This document shows positions 10,581-25,413 of a DNA stretch of 64,000 bases, one piece after another (the stretch's first letter is position 1; each line of letters starts with the position of its first letter). The DNA is from Lytechinus pictus. Taxonomy: Eukaryota. The notes beneath the pieces were generated by a model. The model was not told the DNA's origin. It was given only the letters and a program-made list of their open reading frames with translations, and ran no database searches. Where the stretch lies: positions 20,772,001 through 20,836,000 of the forward strand of contig NC_087245.1 in assembly GCF_037042905.1 (NCBI RefSeq), in the 5' to 3' direction. Made by a program: the position numbers and the translations under genes.

Positions 10581-13500
10581 TATGAAATTATATTTTACAA
10601 AAAATTCTAAATATTTCTGATTCTCGAGGTACATGAGGATTTATATTCCTAATGATGCATAGTTTGATGGTTTGTAGATGCAATTTGCAATTTGTCCATA
10701 CCAGAGTAGAGTTACTTTAAAGTGCCACGACCTTCGTCATTGTCTTTAATTTTTATCTGAACAGATGGCGAGTTTAGAGATAAATTATATTATCCATATC
10801 AGCATGATCCAGTCGTGATCGAGAGGGGGCGAGCTCGTGGCGATTGATTTTATGGTATGCCTTTGAAAACATTGGGAGATCATCAATTTGTCTGGTGCAT
10901 TGAATGGTTGGAATGACGACGAAAGTGTGTTTGTGCTGTACGACTCATTGAGACCTTTCCAAAAGAACATGATGTCAGAGTTGATAGGGGGTCGGCTTGC
11001 CCTTTTGCCCTCTTTTCATCAAGGTTGGTAATTTCACATTAGTATCTCGAAATAGTCAGCAATTTCATGAATTTTGAACATTCCGTCGTTAGAAATGAGT
11101 TATGATCTCCCTAGTAATAACCGATTCGTTCATTGGTGTGACTTGGATACTCATGCAAATTAACATTTAGGCTTACTAGACGGAGTTCCATTTTGTCATG
11201 TCATACAAGACGGTTCTTCTGCTATGATACATTTTGGTTCAATGTAATACCCGCCATGCGAACATCAGAAAATGATAACGGTTAAGATGCTATCACAGGG
11301 AATTTCCCCCACATAATTGTAAGTGCTACTACAGTATTAAAATAAAGAAAGTGCCTTTTCTGCAACGTAAACTTCAAGAGACCCCACAGAGGCACCTATA
11401 TTTTTTGGGGGGAATTGTTGTTCATTGTGTGGAAGGAAATATTATTTGGTGCTTTAATACGACGGGGGGGGGGGGAGGGGTGAGATACCTTGTTGGATGC
11501 TGTTTGCATAATATGAAAATAATGTATTAGACATTAAGATGAATATATAGGTAATGTATTTACCATGCTTAGTGATCGCAGCATATTGAATTGAACAATT
11601 GAAATGTTTCAGTACAGTCTATGTGAGAAAAATTCTTCATAGCTTCCTCCACAGAAGTATGCTTATTTACATGCAAAATAGGATGGAAATGTATGATAAC
11701 AATTAAGTTATATTATATCATTCTTGTTTACATTCAATTGTAGTAGCTGGATTATAGTTATAGTTGATTTGGTGTTTTCGGGACCTTCATGAAATGCATC
11801 GTGGGGGAATAAATTGTGTGGCACTAAGTGGTGAGTTACCCCCTTATAGATTATATAGTGTGGAGACATACATTTATCTGAATTTTTAAGTTGTGTCAAA
11901 ATAGAACTCCATTATTAGTATCAAAGAAAGAAAGTTACATCGTGTAATAGCTCGGCAGTGTGTGAACATTTCACCTGGATATTGACTGGAGATTTTCACC
12001 GTTCCGTGGAAGCAATCATTTTGCGAGAGTTGCGTTAGCGAGAATGTACCGTTTGCCAAGGAGGCCATTACAGAAACATTATCGCGTGGACGATGACCCC
12101 TAATTGGTGCTTTGTATGTTGCTAAAAGCGCTGGAATAAATGTGATGAAAGTGGAGGAGAACGCGAGATGTGACGCATGCACAATGTGTTAAAGTGAGAC
12201 CGTTACGTATTTCGACGTGCAAATCTAAAAGCCCTCAACGTATAAATAAAAGCAAGAGTGAGGTTTGTCATGTTGTGTCCTTAATGCAATTTATGAGGAA
12301 GAATGGAATTGTTAATTAATATTGATTAAGATTTAGCTTGAATGTCGTTCGAATATCAGTACGTCTTGTACTTTACAAATAGCTACAATTTTTAGTTCAA
12401 ACTTACAAAAGAATGATTATAAATACAGGCTGATCATGAAGACGGTTGAGTGATAAATGGATCAGTGTGAAAGAAAATCACGCTCGACTTTAAAAAAAAT
12501 ACCAAATGGGGATTTTACGAAACATCACTGAATATGGCGTACAGATCTATACCAGATGCGCATGAAAGCATAACATTTACCATGGGAAACTTCTCTTTAA
12601 AGATAAATACAAACATAATTATAAACATGGAGCTATTAATAGCTCTATGATATAAACAAAAAAGCAACGAATATCCATGATGATTTTCGTCAATCCCCAC
12701 CTGTCTTATCAGTGAAGCGAACAACAAGTGTCGATGTCCCAGGTTACATGATGAAGTAACAATTTCCGATTTAAATTGCAAATCGGCGCGTGAGTCATCA
12801 CTTGGTATTTTTGTTTTCAGGATACGAGAATATCGGATATATCGATCGCAATGTCGAGGGTTATATCATTTATTACATTATATCATCATGCAGGTGGATA
12901 GCTAGTTAAATTAAAAAAAATACATTTCACTTTCCTTTCATATGAATCGAACTAATGCATACATAATTTTGTTTCGAGAAATGTAACTAATTTTACACCA
13001 TGTGGGATATCTCTTTATCTTTTGTTAAAAAATTATTTTCTCTTAGAAATTCAGTCGTCACATCTCGAAGTGTAAATGAATCTCGCCATAATCACGATGA
13101 TTATGATGCATGTATATACTGATTATATTAGTGGTGGTGATGACGGTGATGATGTCGATCACTAGTGCAATGGTGGAAGGTGCCAGCTGGAGCCACTCCC
13201 CTACCCAGTACCCCCTCTCTATTTTCTTAAATATTGTTTAAATCATCAAAGCAGTATATCATTGTCATATTTCCCTCAATATCTGTGTAAAGACATTCTG
13301 ATCGTGCTGTTAGTGCAACATCATTGTATGACAGAATTATCAATTTATTACAATATGTTCGGGGGCTGCTTTCTGGGTTCACCCTTCACAAATTTTCGAA
13401 AAATAATGCGGGGACTTGCCTGGGTGATATGGCGAGGGAGGGAAGGCACCTATTTGATTGGGCCGGGGGAAGGGGGTGGGCGAGGTGGGGTGGGAAAGGA

Positions 13501-14639
13501 GGGGACCTGAAGAACAATAATTATTAATTTGTGTGTGTGGGATGTGCGGGTTTATTTTGTTTTCTTTATTTTCTGTATTATTTTTCTTAAGTTTCTTTCA
13601 GTGGATTTGAAAAAAAAAGTGAATGGACCAGTTTAATTGATTGATAGATTTGTGTATATGTTTAAGAATTATATATTATATTGGTACCTCGATGTGTTAT
13701 TCATTAATTTATTAGTCAGTTTATGTCACCATATTTCGATGATAGTTTATATGATGGAAATATATTTATATAAAAACATGTAGGCATGATTATGACAGTA
13801 ATGACGATTACAAGTATGATGATAATGGTATTTATCTCTTCCCAACCTTCCCCAATAAAATATTCCGAGAAACCCAAGAATAAATAAAACTCCAGCCCCC
13901 GGTAATCGTAATATCTGGTTTAAATTCAACTCCTTTGCGGCAATCTTTCAAGCTCATCATCACTGTTCCATATATGTCACGATAAATCTCAATCATTAAG
14001 TTATAAAGCTTTCGTATCCTATCTGCAGGGCTTAGAATGTGTCATTACGGATGGAACTTTATTCGTAAAACGAAAGTGACAACTGTTGCGATTCCCTTCT
14101 TCCTTGTTGTTGCATATGGTACACTCTTGGATAACCTGTTCAACAACAACGTTTCTGCTTACATACATATATATTTATATAAATAGAAATGTGATTTATG
14201 TATATAACTCCGTTGGGTATCGGCTTCTATTTCAAAAGAATCAACACTTTTTTCAATAATGAGGCATTTTCCAATGCATGTAGACTTCTCCCCCACATTT
14301 TATTATTTTCAATTATATTATTTTCTTGATAATAATTCTCAATACCTTTCCGTACTATAATGTATAGCGGTACATACATCAGTTTGTCTTTTAAACGAAG
14401 AGTGCATGAAGAAAATGACCAGTGGTCAAACTATTTTAAGTCTATACTCTTTCCTGAATTGGTTTCGAACCAAATTACAGAAGAACCAAAATACAAGTTT
14501 GGGGAACGAGAGATGTCAGAGCCACGCATGACATCTCCCGTTCCTCAACACTCTTCTTAAACTTATTTCTGGTTTTACGATCACTTGGAATATGAAGTGC
14601 TAAAATATGAGCCACAAAATGTTATAAATAAATGTTTGA

Positions 14640-15221
14640 AGGACAAGTCCACCCCAACAAAGAGTTGGTTTGAATAAAGAGAGAAAAATCAAATGAGCGT
14701 AACACGGAAAATTTCATCAAAATCGGATGTAAAATAAGAAAGTTATGAAATTTTTAAGTTTAGTTAATATCACGAAATAGATATATTTATATCCTGGTCA
14801 GTATGCAAATGAGGAGACTGGTGACATCATCCGCTCATCATTTCTTTTGTATTTCAGTAAATGTTCTAATTTTCTTATATTGTTATGTGAAAAAAGTATT
14901 ATTCTTCCTTGAACATGTGTAATTATAATTGTTTTAACATCTTTTAATTCGAACAGGATGGTCCTTAATTGTGAAATTGAAATAATGTACAATTCAAACA
15001 ATAAAATCAAAAGAAAATGTGAGTGATGGACATCATCAACTCTCTCAATTGCATGTCACTGAGTTGTGCATATAACTGTTTTGTGAAAAATAAGCGAAAC
15101 TTTAAAATGTCATAACCTTCTTTAATATTCTACATCCGATTTTGATGAAAGTTTCAATGTTATGCTTCTTTGATTTTCTCTTTTTATTCAAATCAACTAT
15201 TTTCTTGGGTGGACCTGACCT
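14640..15221. mobile_element. TTAA-type MITE (Kolobok-like), second family, diverged
   Basis: AGGACAAGTCCACCCCAA .. TTGGGTGGACCTGACCT ends, with about 120 bp of inverted similarity (TTTCATCAAAATCGGATGTA / TACATCCGATTTTGATGAAA). Flanks TTGA / ATAA are consistent with decayed TTAA. Confidence 0.85.
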
Positions 15222-15849
15222 ATAAGGTATCACAGAATTTGCAATTTTGAAATTCTTGCCATGAAAAAAAATGTCGATAGGGTTTCTGTACATAGTATAA
15301 GTATCTGGAAAAAAAATTATTTTAGCTAATGCAATTCAGACAGAGAATGTTATTTGACCTTCCTTGCTCTAGTCATTTTAGTAGAAAGTCTTAATACGAA
15401 CGAATGGAAAATACCGCATGCCACGTCGGTCTCATTAATTATTGAACCGATTATCTGTACGAGAAATGTATTTCTATTTTTGCTTATCTGCTTGATAATG
15501 AATGAGATCCTAACGTTGCGTGTCATAATGCTTAGTTTTGACTATAAACGCACATTGAAGTGGAAAGTATATTACTCTCCTTATTTGAGATGAGATTAAT
15601 ATTTTAAAACTTGTTACGCTTCATTGAATTTCAAGATTTTTTTTTGCTATTGATATTTAGTTGTAGTCGACGTCGTGCATATTTAATAATAATAATAATA
15701 ATAATAAAACGGCTAGGCCTATGTGAGATACAACAAGTTACCTATGGGACGAAATCTAAAATAAATTTTATAAAATCAAAGAGTTGAGCTTTTATGAAGC
15801 TAATGCCATAGATTTAGACTTATTACCGAGCGTGATTTTTATTTAACCC

Positions 15850-15923
15850 CACAAAACAGTGATATGCACAACTCAGTGACATGCAAATCAGACGGTCGAT
15901 GATGTCCCTCACTCACTATTTCT
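15850..15923 (-). repeat. inverted internal fragment of the 14640-15221 MITE family
   Basis: Reverse complement of 15012-15085. The first 37 bp differ at a single position. Confidence 0.85.
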
Positions 15924-18900
15924 ACAAAAATTGAAATTATTTCGTACAGGTACATGTAGTCAGAAAGTAAATTTTCCATCATTCTGTGTGTTCAAATCAC
16001 AGATCTATATATAGAAAATGTTCTAATCCCCGCAGTATATTTTTTAAATCAATAACGAAGTTCTCCCCTGTTGTTATAGTTCTCATTAGAAACCAAATCA
16101 CAATGCTACCCCGCCACCCTCCCCTGTAGGGAAATTTACACATGTAATTATAACGACATCCATCGGCACGGTCATTATTCATTTATATATCCATCATTTT
16201 AAAGGTAACCATCCCGATACCTGGTCCGAAATCCCCTGCAAAGTAGAGGAAATAATCGCGGCTGTAATTAAGATGTCCAGTAACCTGATCATTAATCTTG
16301 AAGTCATCTTGAAAATAGAGCTTTTCCAGTTCTCTCAACATCGAAGAGCTATCACTTTCTCTCTCTCTCTCTCGTTGTTTTTTCAAGTTACCAACCAGCA
16401 TCTCAGAAAAGGAGGAAAAATAATCCTGGCGATAATTAAGAAGTCCAGGAGCATGATGGTCATAAGCATGGTCATTAATAATTTTGTGTCCATCGTAAGC
16501 ACTCGTCTCGTGTGTCAAACTCATGACCATGGAGAATGGGTAGTGTTAAGCACCTGACAGCTAGGTGTTTGTCTCAACTGACTCTTTGTTGGATAAACCA
16601 CTGACGCCCCTCCCCCCAAAAAATGAAATAAAATAGTAAAATAATAATAATACAATGAAATCAATAAAAGTAAAATGAAATGGAATAAAATAGATTGAAA
16701 AATAAGAAAATGGATCATCGCTCTTTCGTTTTAAAAGCTGAGACGAGCCATTAAGATAGCCAACTGGCACTAATTGATTGGTCCTCTCGGTGATGCATGA
16801 AATCAACTCATTCTTGTCTGATATCTTGTTTAGACCCAACAATAAAACTGCAGAGAGAAATTAACTAACTCAAGGTCAGTTAATCTCCGACCCCGACAAT
16901 TTTCTTTCCTTTTTTTATTTCATCTATCACTAACTTTTATCAAATTGCTTACAACTGTATCTTAGCTATTTATTGTATTGTTTGAGAAAAATATTGGAGA
17001 TCGAAAATATATGTTCCTAATTTTCTGAACGCGTTTCTTGAATTATTTCTGCTACTCTGCTATCCGTTGCCTCATGAAAATTAACTCCACATTTTGTCCA
17101 TGATTTTTAGAATATTTAAATTTAGAAGAAAAAAAATATTAGGGGGAAGTCCTACAGCAAAATGTGAGAAAAAAATACTTTTTTTATATAGGAAGACAGA
17201 AAATGAATCTGTTTGACTTTGCGGCTGTTTGTGTGGTTCAGTGTTTCACGATGTTCTGTGGCCACTGGCCATCGGTTGTCACTTTAGCACCATCTAGTAG
17301 GAAACTTATTGCTAAGGAGAAATCCAAAACCAATCTGGCTGAGGGCAAAACGTGAAATTCATATGCGAGCGAAGGGAAATTAGAACAGGTATGGTGGGGT
17401 TTGTCATACATGTATGGAAAATGCCTCAACCATTAGTAGGTTAGTAGAATTCGTATCGAGGCAGAAATTATCGGTCAAGATTATAGTGTTGGCGGAGTTA
17501 TTTACCTTACCAGTGTAAGATGGAAAGTGTAGACTGCTTGAGATGCACGGAAAATCGAGACATTAATCCTAAGATGTGGATATACTATGTCTTTAATGTC
17601 TTCATCTTTCTCATGTTATTCGTTTATATCAATTTCCAACGATTGTGATAATGTTTTCGTGCATTTTTTAAACAAACGGTAATAGCAAAATTCGACGTAC
17701 AAAGATTATAATGCAGACAGGTTGGCATACTAACGTCATGAACTATGTGACGTTACTATAAGTTGAATGAAAACATTAATATTTTTTGCTTCCAAAATTC
17801 CTTTACTATGTTTTTATATCTTCCGTAAATTTATAAATGTAATTCAAAGTTATATTGGAGCATAATTCATGTGTGTACGTGTTTGTGTTCATCATATACC
17901 CTTTAATCTAAGAATTAAAAAATATGATTATTGTAACCTCGCCTACTGTTGGAAATGTATACGTTACAGAATCAAGTATCAGTAAGAATGCATCTATTGT
18001 TTTCTCTTCCCATTTTTACCAAATAATATTCTGTATGTGTCTAAATTATTCTTAATTTTTTTCTTTAGAATAAATTTTCGTCTGTTTTCCTTTCGTTGCA
18101 TTGGTCTTTGTCCTTTTCCCTACACATGGCATCGTTCTCCAAACTTTTTTTTTTACTGTTTATCCCGTTTGTCATGGTCTATTCATCGAAATGCATTTCT
18201 CATCTCATTTTTTATCCTCAATCTGTCTCTCTATCTTTTTTCCTCGTAGAAAATATATTGTCATCCCCTTATTTATCTCTCTTTCTATAATATTATAATT
18301 TTGTACGTCATTATCTCGCTCCATTCTCTCGTTTCATGTACGTGTCTATCTCGAATAAGCCTTATCTTTAACCCTCCCTCTCTCTTTTACATTACATACA
18401 CATACCCGAACACAAAACTTCTATTCTCTCTATATCTCTATTCCCCCACCCACATACACACGCGGCACCCACACATGAACATAATTATACTCCCTCTCTC
18501 CCTCTCCCCTCACTCTTTTCCCGTGTCGACCCCCCCCCCCTCTGCTTCTTCCTCCCACCACCCTATCTGTTGGCCGTCACCCTATAATTATAGTCTCGTC
18601 TTTCCAAATCCAAATACATGTAATGTAGTGTCGTCCGAAAACGAATTACACATATTACAAATCCAATCAGAGTAATGTGTTTAGCCAGGATAAACATTAC
18701 TATCTAATTCCCGTCAGTCCTGAATTATCAAAGCCAAAAATCAGCCCAGATTACTATGTTCATGGCCGACATCAACACACGGGCTCACTGTTGACAATTT
18801 TGGTTTACCAATGCTAGAATATTATTTTCATTCCTTTATCTTGTTAATTATAGTCAGTTGAAAGGCCCTTTAAGTTTAGGAATTTGAAGTTTCTATATCA

Positions 18901-20020
18901 TATCATGAATGATAATAGTCTTAGAGTACATTATATCACAGTCTACTTTTTTTTTTCCTTTGAAAGACGTAACACCGTGAAGAAAAGTAATATGAATTCA
19001 GAATTTGATGAACCGCATATACGCGTAACAAGAAATTTAAGTGCAACATTACGTCACACTTTCCTAGGCTACAGGAATCCTGCAAGCAGCTATATCTTAC
19101 AAATCATCATATAGTCACCATAGACAAAACAATGGAGAGTGCAGGAAAGCTGAAATGAAAATACACAGAGTATTCTCATAGCAGAATCCATGCTTAAGAT
19201 GCGCACAGACTTTTGACGAGTATTAATTAGCCCTTTGTGAGACAAGCTCGAGATCACCCCCGCGCTTTAACACCTCAATTAATCTATCATCACCATCTTT
19301 ACCGCCTCCTAAGTTTTGACATCTTCTGGGACTCGTTTGCAAAAAAATAGTTTCATATCGAATGAAACTTAAAACATCAGACGCAACTTAATTTTTAATC
19401 AACCAGAAGAGCTCATTTAGGACTTGAGTCAATTTCAAATTTGCCTCTAAACACAGGTTCTCTACAGCACACCCCCCCTTAATTGACTGTCGAATAATTC
19501 TTATTGATTCACAAGAACTGACTGTAATTCACTGAATAATTATTTTCGTACCACTCAGCTGCATTAATGCTGTATTAAAGCGGCAAGCCCTTATTATTTC
19601 AATCAGATTTGCAAAGGTCGGCGACGTTAGCTTATTTTCTCCAACCATTAGATTTGAAATTTGTCACGGTATAGTTCGCAGCCGATGGGAAAACACGTTT
19701 TGATTAGTAACAGTAGGGTTCATGCCTTTCATCTTATTATCTTGCAACAACTGCAGGTTTCTTGATATTTTGTCGTCTACCTTATTTTCTTTCGTATCTT
19801 TCTCTCCCCCCGACTTTATTATTTCTTATATCACCCTTTTCCACCATTCTGTTGATCAAAATCTTACTTTACCTTTTCTTCTACTTGCTATTATACCATC
19901 ATCATCATCAGCACGATAATATTTATTATCGCTCATTTTCATTATTCTTATTATTGTTACTATAAATTTTAATGTGATTATTACCATTACTATTATCATC
20001 ATTATTAGTTTTATTGTCAT

Positions 20021-20080
20021 TACTACTACTACTACTACTACTACCGTACTACTACTACTACTACTATACTACTACTACTT

Positions 20081-20168
<88 letters not shown>

Positions 20169-20300
20169 TACTTCTACTACTACTACTACTCCTACTCCTA
20201 TACTCCTACTACTACTACTACTACTACTACTATAGTACTACTACTACTACTTCTACTACTAATACTACTTCTTCTTCTACTACTACTAATACTACTATCA
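20021..20300. repeat. (CTA)n microsatellite
   Basis: Direct read. Source of the poly-Y/T/L ORFs. Confidence 0.95.
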
Positions 20301-21395
20301 CTATATATTTCTTGTCATTATTATTATCTTGATTATTATCATTATTCTAATCATCACTTTCTCTTATTCTATCTGTCCTTTTTTTCTACGTCTTTTTTCT
20401 ATTCTCCTCCTGAGTAGTGTGTATATTAATTTCCCTGTTTTTACTCTCTTGATAATTTTATCTATTTTAATGTACCCCAAATTTAGCAAGGCTCTTACTT
20501 TAGCTAGGTATATAGCAATACACTTTCACAAGAATTTTTGGGAAAAAAATACTCTTTGAATCGGCGCAGTCGATACAAAGTAATCTCAGAAAGCGCTTAA
20601 GGATGACCGTCCTTAACTTAATTTTTCGTACATTATTGACTACCACCAGTGTTTCGTTATTTTAGCTATACCCTTTCTCCCAATCTCTTATCTTTTCATA
20701 CTATTCCTTCCCTCTATCAGCTTCTAAATATGTGTCTCTTAACTCATGCATTTAAATCCCATCGATGCATGGGAACCCTCCTATTTCTCAAACGATTACA
20801 CTTGAAAATGTTTTCAAGCAAAGTTTTAAAATACGTTGTATACGGTGCAAGCCAACCGAAGCATGATACTGTCGACGGAAAATCGCTTACTTCAGCTACT
20901 ATGGTTAGCATCATTGGTAAGAGAAAAGCACGGGCTCAGAATCTTGAAGTAATCGACTAAAACGCGTGGGCTATTTTCAGACAAGGCCGCTTTTATTTAG
21001 GTCGGTGTCTCAAAGTGACCTTGGAGTTTAGCCACACATTAATGTTTATGCGTGAAAATCAATTTAGATCTTATAAATAATGTACTAGTATGACCTCTTC
21101 AGAAATTACGATCTTTCTCTCTTTTCATACTCCCTGGCTTTATTATTTAAATTCTATTTCTATTCTATTATCATTTGCATTGTGATGAGTAAGCTTGTTT
21201 CATCAGGTGATCCCTGGGAAAACTCGAACTTATAAAGAAATACAAAGACTTTAAAAAAATGACTAGCCTTTCAACATGCCGGATGCAACACTAAAAAAGG
21301 CTGAATCCGCTATAATAATTGGTCACCTCTCATCCCTTTATAAAGAGCGGCTGCTGTTGCGTTAAGTTTCATGGTCTAGAGAAAAGTATCTATAT

Positions 21396-21413
21396 CATGG
21401 ACCTAGGTCCATG
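21396..21413. mobile_element. perfect 18-bp palindrome CATGGACCTAGGTCCATG flanked by a 7-bp direct repeat
   Basis: TCTATAT (21389-21395) | palindrome | TCTATAT (21414-21420). Confidence 0.65.
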
Positions 21414-24400
21414 TCTATATCATGCACTATTTTTCTTTTTACTTGAGACATAGTGAAGGAGGACATAAAGTGCGACAATATTTTGAAATCTTTTTTACAT
21501 TATCATCCAAATGAAAATGAACAAAAAATAAGGTAAAAGAATAATATCGAAATTGTTTAATCATTAACAACCTAAAAGTCTGTACAGCGTTTCGTGAAAG
21601 ATAATTATTATAAGGGGTGTTACTGTTATCTTCACTAAATTTTCTTTAAAAAAACACGGGGAAATACACAATTTTGTAACACCACAGAGCAGCTTATAGA
21701 TGTCTGATGCATGTTATAATAAATCATAATTCTAAACGACGGAAGAATACGTGAATTTTTAAACAGAATAGAGACTTATGTATATTTCTAGAGACAATTT
21801 TCTTTCTGTAATACATCACAACTTAATATGGTATGGGATATAAAAGGGCCTCATCAGAATTCGATATCCATGAACGGCATGAAATGAATATATAGAGATT
21901 TTAATGCGTTTTCATGCGCTTTTAGATCGAAATAACGGTTTTGCATTTACTACACTGAGAAAATCTCCCTGTGCAGCGAACGGTCAAAATAAAGCCCATA
22001 TTCGACTCCTTATACCGTTTTTAATACTTTGCGAAATGGAAAGGCCAAAGCTCTCTCTCCAATTCTACAATTTAGGAGAACTAAGAAGCTTCCATTAGAT
22101 ATCTTCACGAGGAACCATTTACCAATTTGTCTTCTCCTGGGATGATTCTCATTTTGTCCCTTCAAAGCTACAGTACTGCATTGTATTCTTTATTATTTTT
22201 TACTTTAACGATGAATGCACGAGGCTTTCAAAATTATTATCTGATTGTTATGCATTGGAATATCAGTTCCTCCTCATACTTTTAACTATTTTCATGACTG
22301 ATTCATTCTTAAAACGCAAGCTTTGTAATGTGCAATTTATCAAGATTACAATGTGTCTTTATTCTGTATTATTTTATATTAAAAACGTAATCCCTAGCTG
22401 ATGACGTTTCGAATTCTTCTTGCCTCTTTAGATTGAAGAATTGAAATAAGCAGATTCTTAATTCGTGGATGGATGGAGCATGCAAACTCTTCTATTACAT
22501 TTTATTGCGATGTTTGTTTGTTTGTTTGTTTGTTTTGAAGACACGCATCACTGAAAATAAATTAAGTTTTTGATGTTTTCAATCCCACCATAAGATGGTT
22601 GATAAGGCGCAATATGCAGTTACATGTACATTAGGCTGATATTGTGATCTGATTAATTCTTACAACGGGGCTTTTAGGGATTAAATATTTAGAGCATACA
22701 GACAGTAATATTAACTTGATAATATATATAAATATACATATAACATATTCTATTTTTTGTTATGCAATTGAACGTTAAGTAAGGATGAATATGTTTTGCT
22801 CTCTATGGTGGTATTTGCCTGACTCCAATTGCTACGCATGTATCAAAAGTGTTTTCAATTGCGTGCGTTCAATTCAGTACAAACGAGAGGGAAAAAGGTG
22901 AAAATGCAAGCAAATAATTATGTAGCCCCGGAGGGCATTCGCTCGATGATTCGTTGATGTCATATCCAGTCAAATCTTGTTCTAGATTTCATTCAAGTAG
23001 TTTAGAAATATAAGATGACTGCCAGATACATCATCAGCTGCCAGGGACTATGCGTAGAGATCAATGCATGGGAGTGATAGAGTAGGATGTCGTGAAGAAG
23101 CTTGGAGAGGGGTAATGAGCATCTGGGATATGTGTAGGGATATGATAGAAATGGAAAAAGATAGGGGAGGGTGTTGTGGGAAAATTGCCAAAATGTGTAA
23201 GGATGGAAGGAAGAAGGGGCCGAGTTTGACTGAGGAAGCAAAGAAGTTAATATTTAAAATACTTTCGGGCTTTGTGACCACGTGATGGATTGGAAGATGT
23301 TATAAGGGAGACTGGAAAAGATTGGAATTGGGGACATATAGTGCGCAGTGTAGTTTGAAAGGATTATGGGGGGGGGGGGGGAGAGTGGGTGGTACATGGG
23401 GCCGGATCAAATTTGAACGAAAGGATGAGGCAGAAGAGTGGCTATAATGGTATTGAGAGAGAGGTTAGTATATATTTACATGATCATTATAAGGTAATGA
23501 CACAAAACGAATATAATTTTTTTTAAGAGAAAGAGCAGTTTCACGATAAAGTAGACAGTGTTCAAACATTGATGTGGTGTTATTACCTTCTTCATTCAAA
23601 TTACGAGTCTTATATATCATATATTTTTAAATCAGAACAGAAACGTTTCGTTATTTAGTCATCTTATGCAAAATAATATAGCAAACAAAAATGTGAGTAT
23701 ATGGGACTTTGGTGCTTTAAGTACCTATTATTTTTTTAACGTGTTCCTTTCCTCATATCTTTGAAACTAAATAATTTCTCTTATACTCCAACCAGTTTGT
23801 TTCTGGTTTATCTGCCTTGATGTCTCTCCGTCTTTCTCTTCATTTTCTTCGCTTTTCCACTCTAACACGTCAACCCATCCCGCCTTCCTCCTCATTACCA
23901 TCATCTCCATTTCCATCTCTCTTTCCTGAGACGGTAGAGCCATTGTCAAACTCGGGTTCTTCCAGAATGAAATCAGAACTGACAGTAATTCCATTCACAG
24001 AAATTGATGAAAACGACACGGGCTTATAAAGCAGCCAAACTATCTTCAGAATGCAATTATGTGAAAGTCTACACGTGTTTCTGGTAAACCCTTTGTTATT
24101 TTATCGTTATTATGCACACGCACACATCTGGTCTCACTGCCTGCCGTTAATGACAAGAACGAGCTCTTTAAGAAAAAAATATGATAAACAACAAATTGGG
24201 CATTTTAACCATAACCATGAAATGTTTGAGAAAATTATTGAAATAATTTATTTTCAATACATCTAATTGCATCGTATGCATTCATTATAGTAGCATTACT
24301 CTCAGAGGAGTATGCTCTCTAGGAAATCAATTAGTTCGATTGAAGAGGCTACCCAGAAAAAAATCGTTTGCTATAAAGTGCCTTCTCTATGAGATTCCAG

Positions 24401-24712
24401 CTTGAACTGAGCCAAAACAAATCATATACAGATTATTTGCAACAATATATCAACCACACAAAAAATAAGAATAAGGTCCCACATTGCTCAACCCTTGATC
24501 CAGTGCACTATACAAGAAGTCTCTTCCTTTTCTATTAGATTGTGTTAGAATGTTTTCAATTGCAATGTACAACATGTTAAGTCTTTCATTCATTCCGTAA
24601 ATGTAATATCTTCACAATCCATGTGTATGCTTTCATCTTCTTTTAAGTGCCCATTGGTGATGCTTACATCTGTTAATTGCGACTTTTCGAAAACTTCGGG
24701 GACGCGGCGTTA

Positions 24713-24810
24713 GGGTCCCGTAACACAAAAGTTAGCGATCAATCGTTGACTCGAGTTTTACGATTGATTGTACGTCATATTCAATGGAATCGATCGTACA
24801 AAAGTATTGT
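24713..24810. mobile_element. truncated MITE related to 7842-7973
   Basis: 5' end GGGTCCCGTAACACAAAAGTTAGCGATCAATCG. No matching 3' end seen. Confidence 0.5.
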
Positions 24811-24992
24811 GAAAGCTTTCTTGTACGTACGACTGCTCATCGAGCATGCCCTGGGACTCCGGCCGCGCCGCTAGGCTGGAGATATCATTAGAAACAATAG
24901 GCGTACCTGGTGTATTATGACCATAAGAGAGTGGTTTTTCAAACAAATCGAGTACATAGTAAGTGAGAAAAAACTGAATTCAGGCTTAGGTG

Positions 24993-25142
24993 CAGGGGCC
25001 GCGGAACGGTTTTCAAAGTGGGGGGGGGGGGCTGACCATGCAAAAAATCACAATCAAATGGTCATTTTTACGTTTTTGTACACGGTTTTGTAAAAAAGTG
25101 GGGGGCTGAAGCCCCCCCCCCCCCCCGCTTCCGCAGCCCCTG
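24993..25142. mobile_element. 150-bp MITE with a 5-bp TSD
   Basis: TIR CAGGGGCCGCGGAA / TTCCGCAGCCCCTG. Perfect AGGTG duplication at 24988-24992 and 25143-25147. Confidence 0.85.
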
Positions 25143-25413
25143 AGGTGTATGTATTGCATCTAACGTGGATTATTGGTGGATCGCTGGCAATTAAATCCGT
25201 TGGTCACATTCACCTCTCCAGCTAAACCATCTTCATGCACAGCAAATCTGTCCAAAAAAAAACAACGATCCGGATTTTTTTCTTTTGCAGGCTCCTCCTA
25301 CACAAATGGCATGCCATCTCGCACACAATGTGCAGGACATTATGCCCGTGTGCATGGCGGGGTTGGGCATTATGTATTATTTTTACCCGAAATGGGGAAT
25401 AAGATTTCTAATT

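Noticed and set aside
12821..12893. Possible second exon of the 7576 gene (TTTTCAG acceptor)
   Set aside because: The donor is weak (GTGGAT) and the peptide is unrecognisable. It cannot be supported without transcript data.
19974..20417. Long poly-Tyr/Thr/Leu ORFs
   Set aside because: Translations of a (CTA)n microsatellite.
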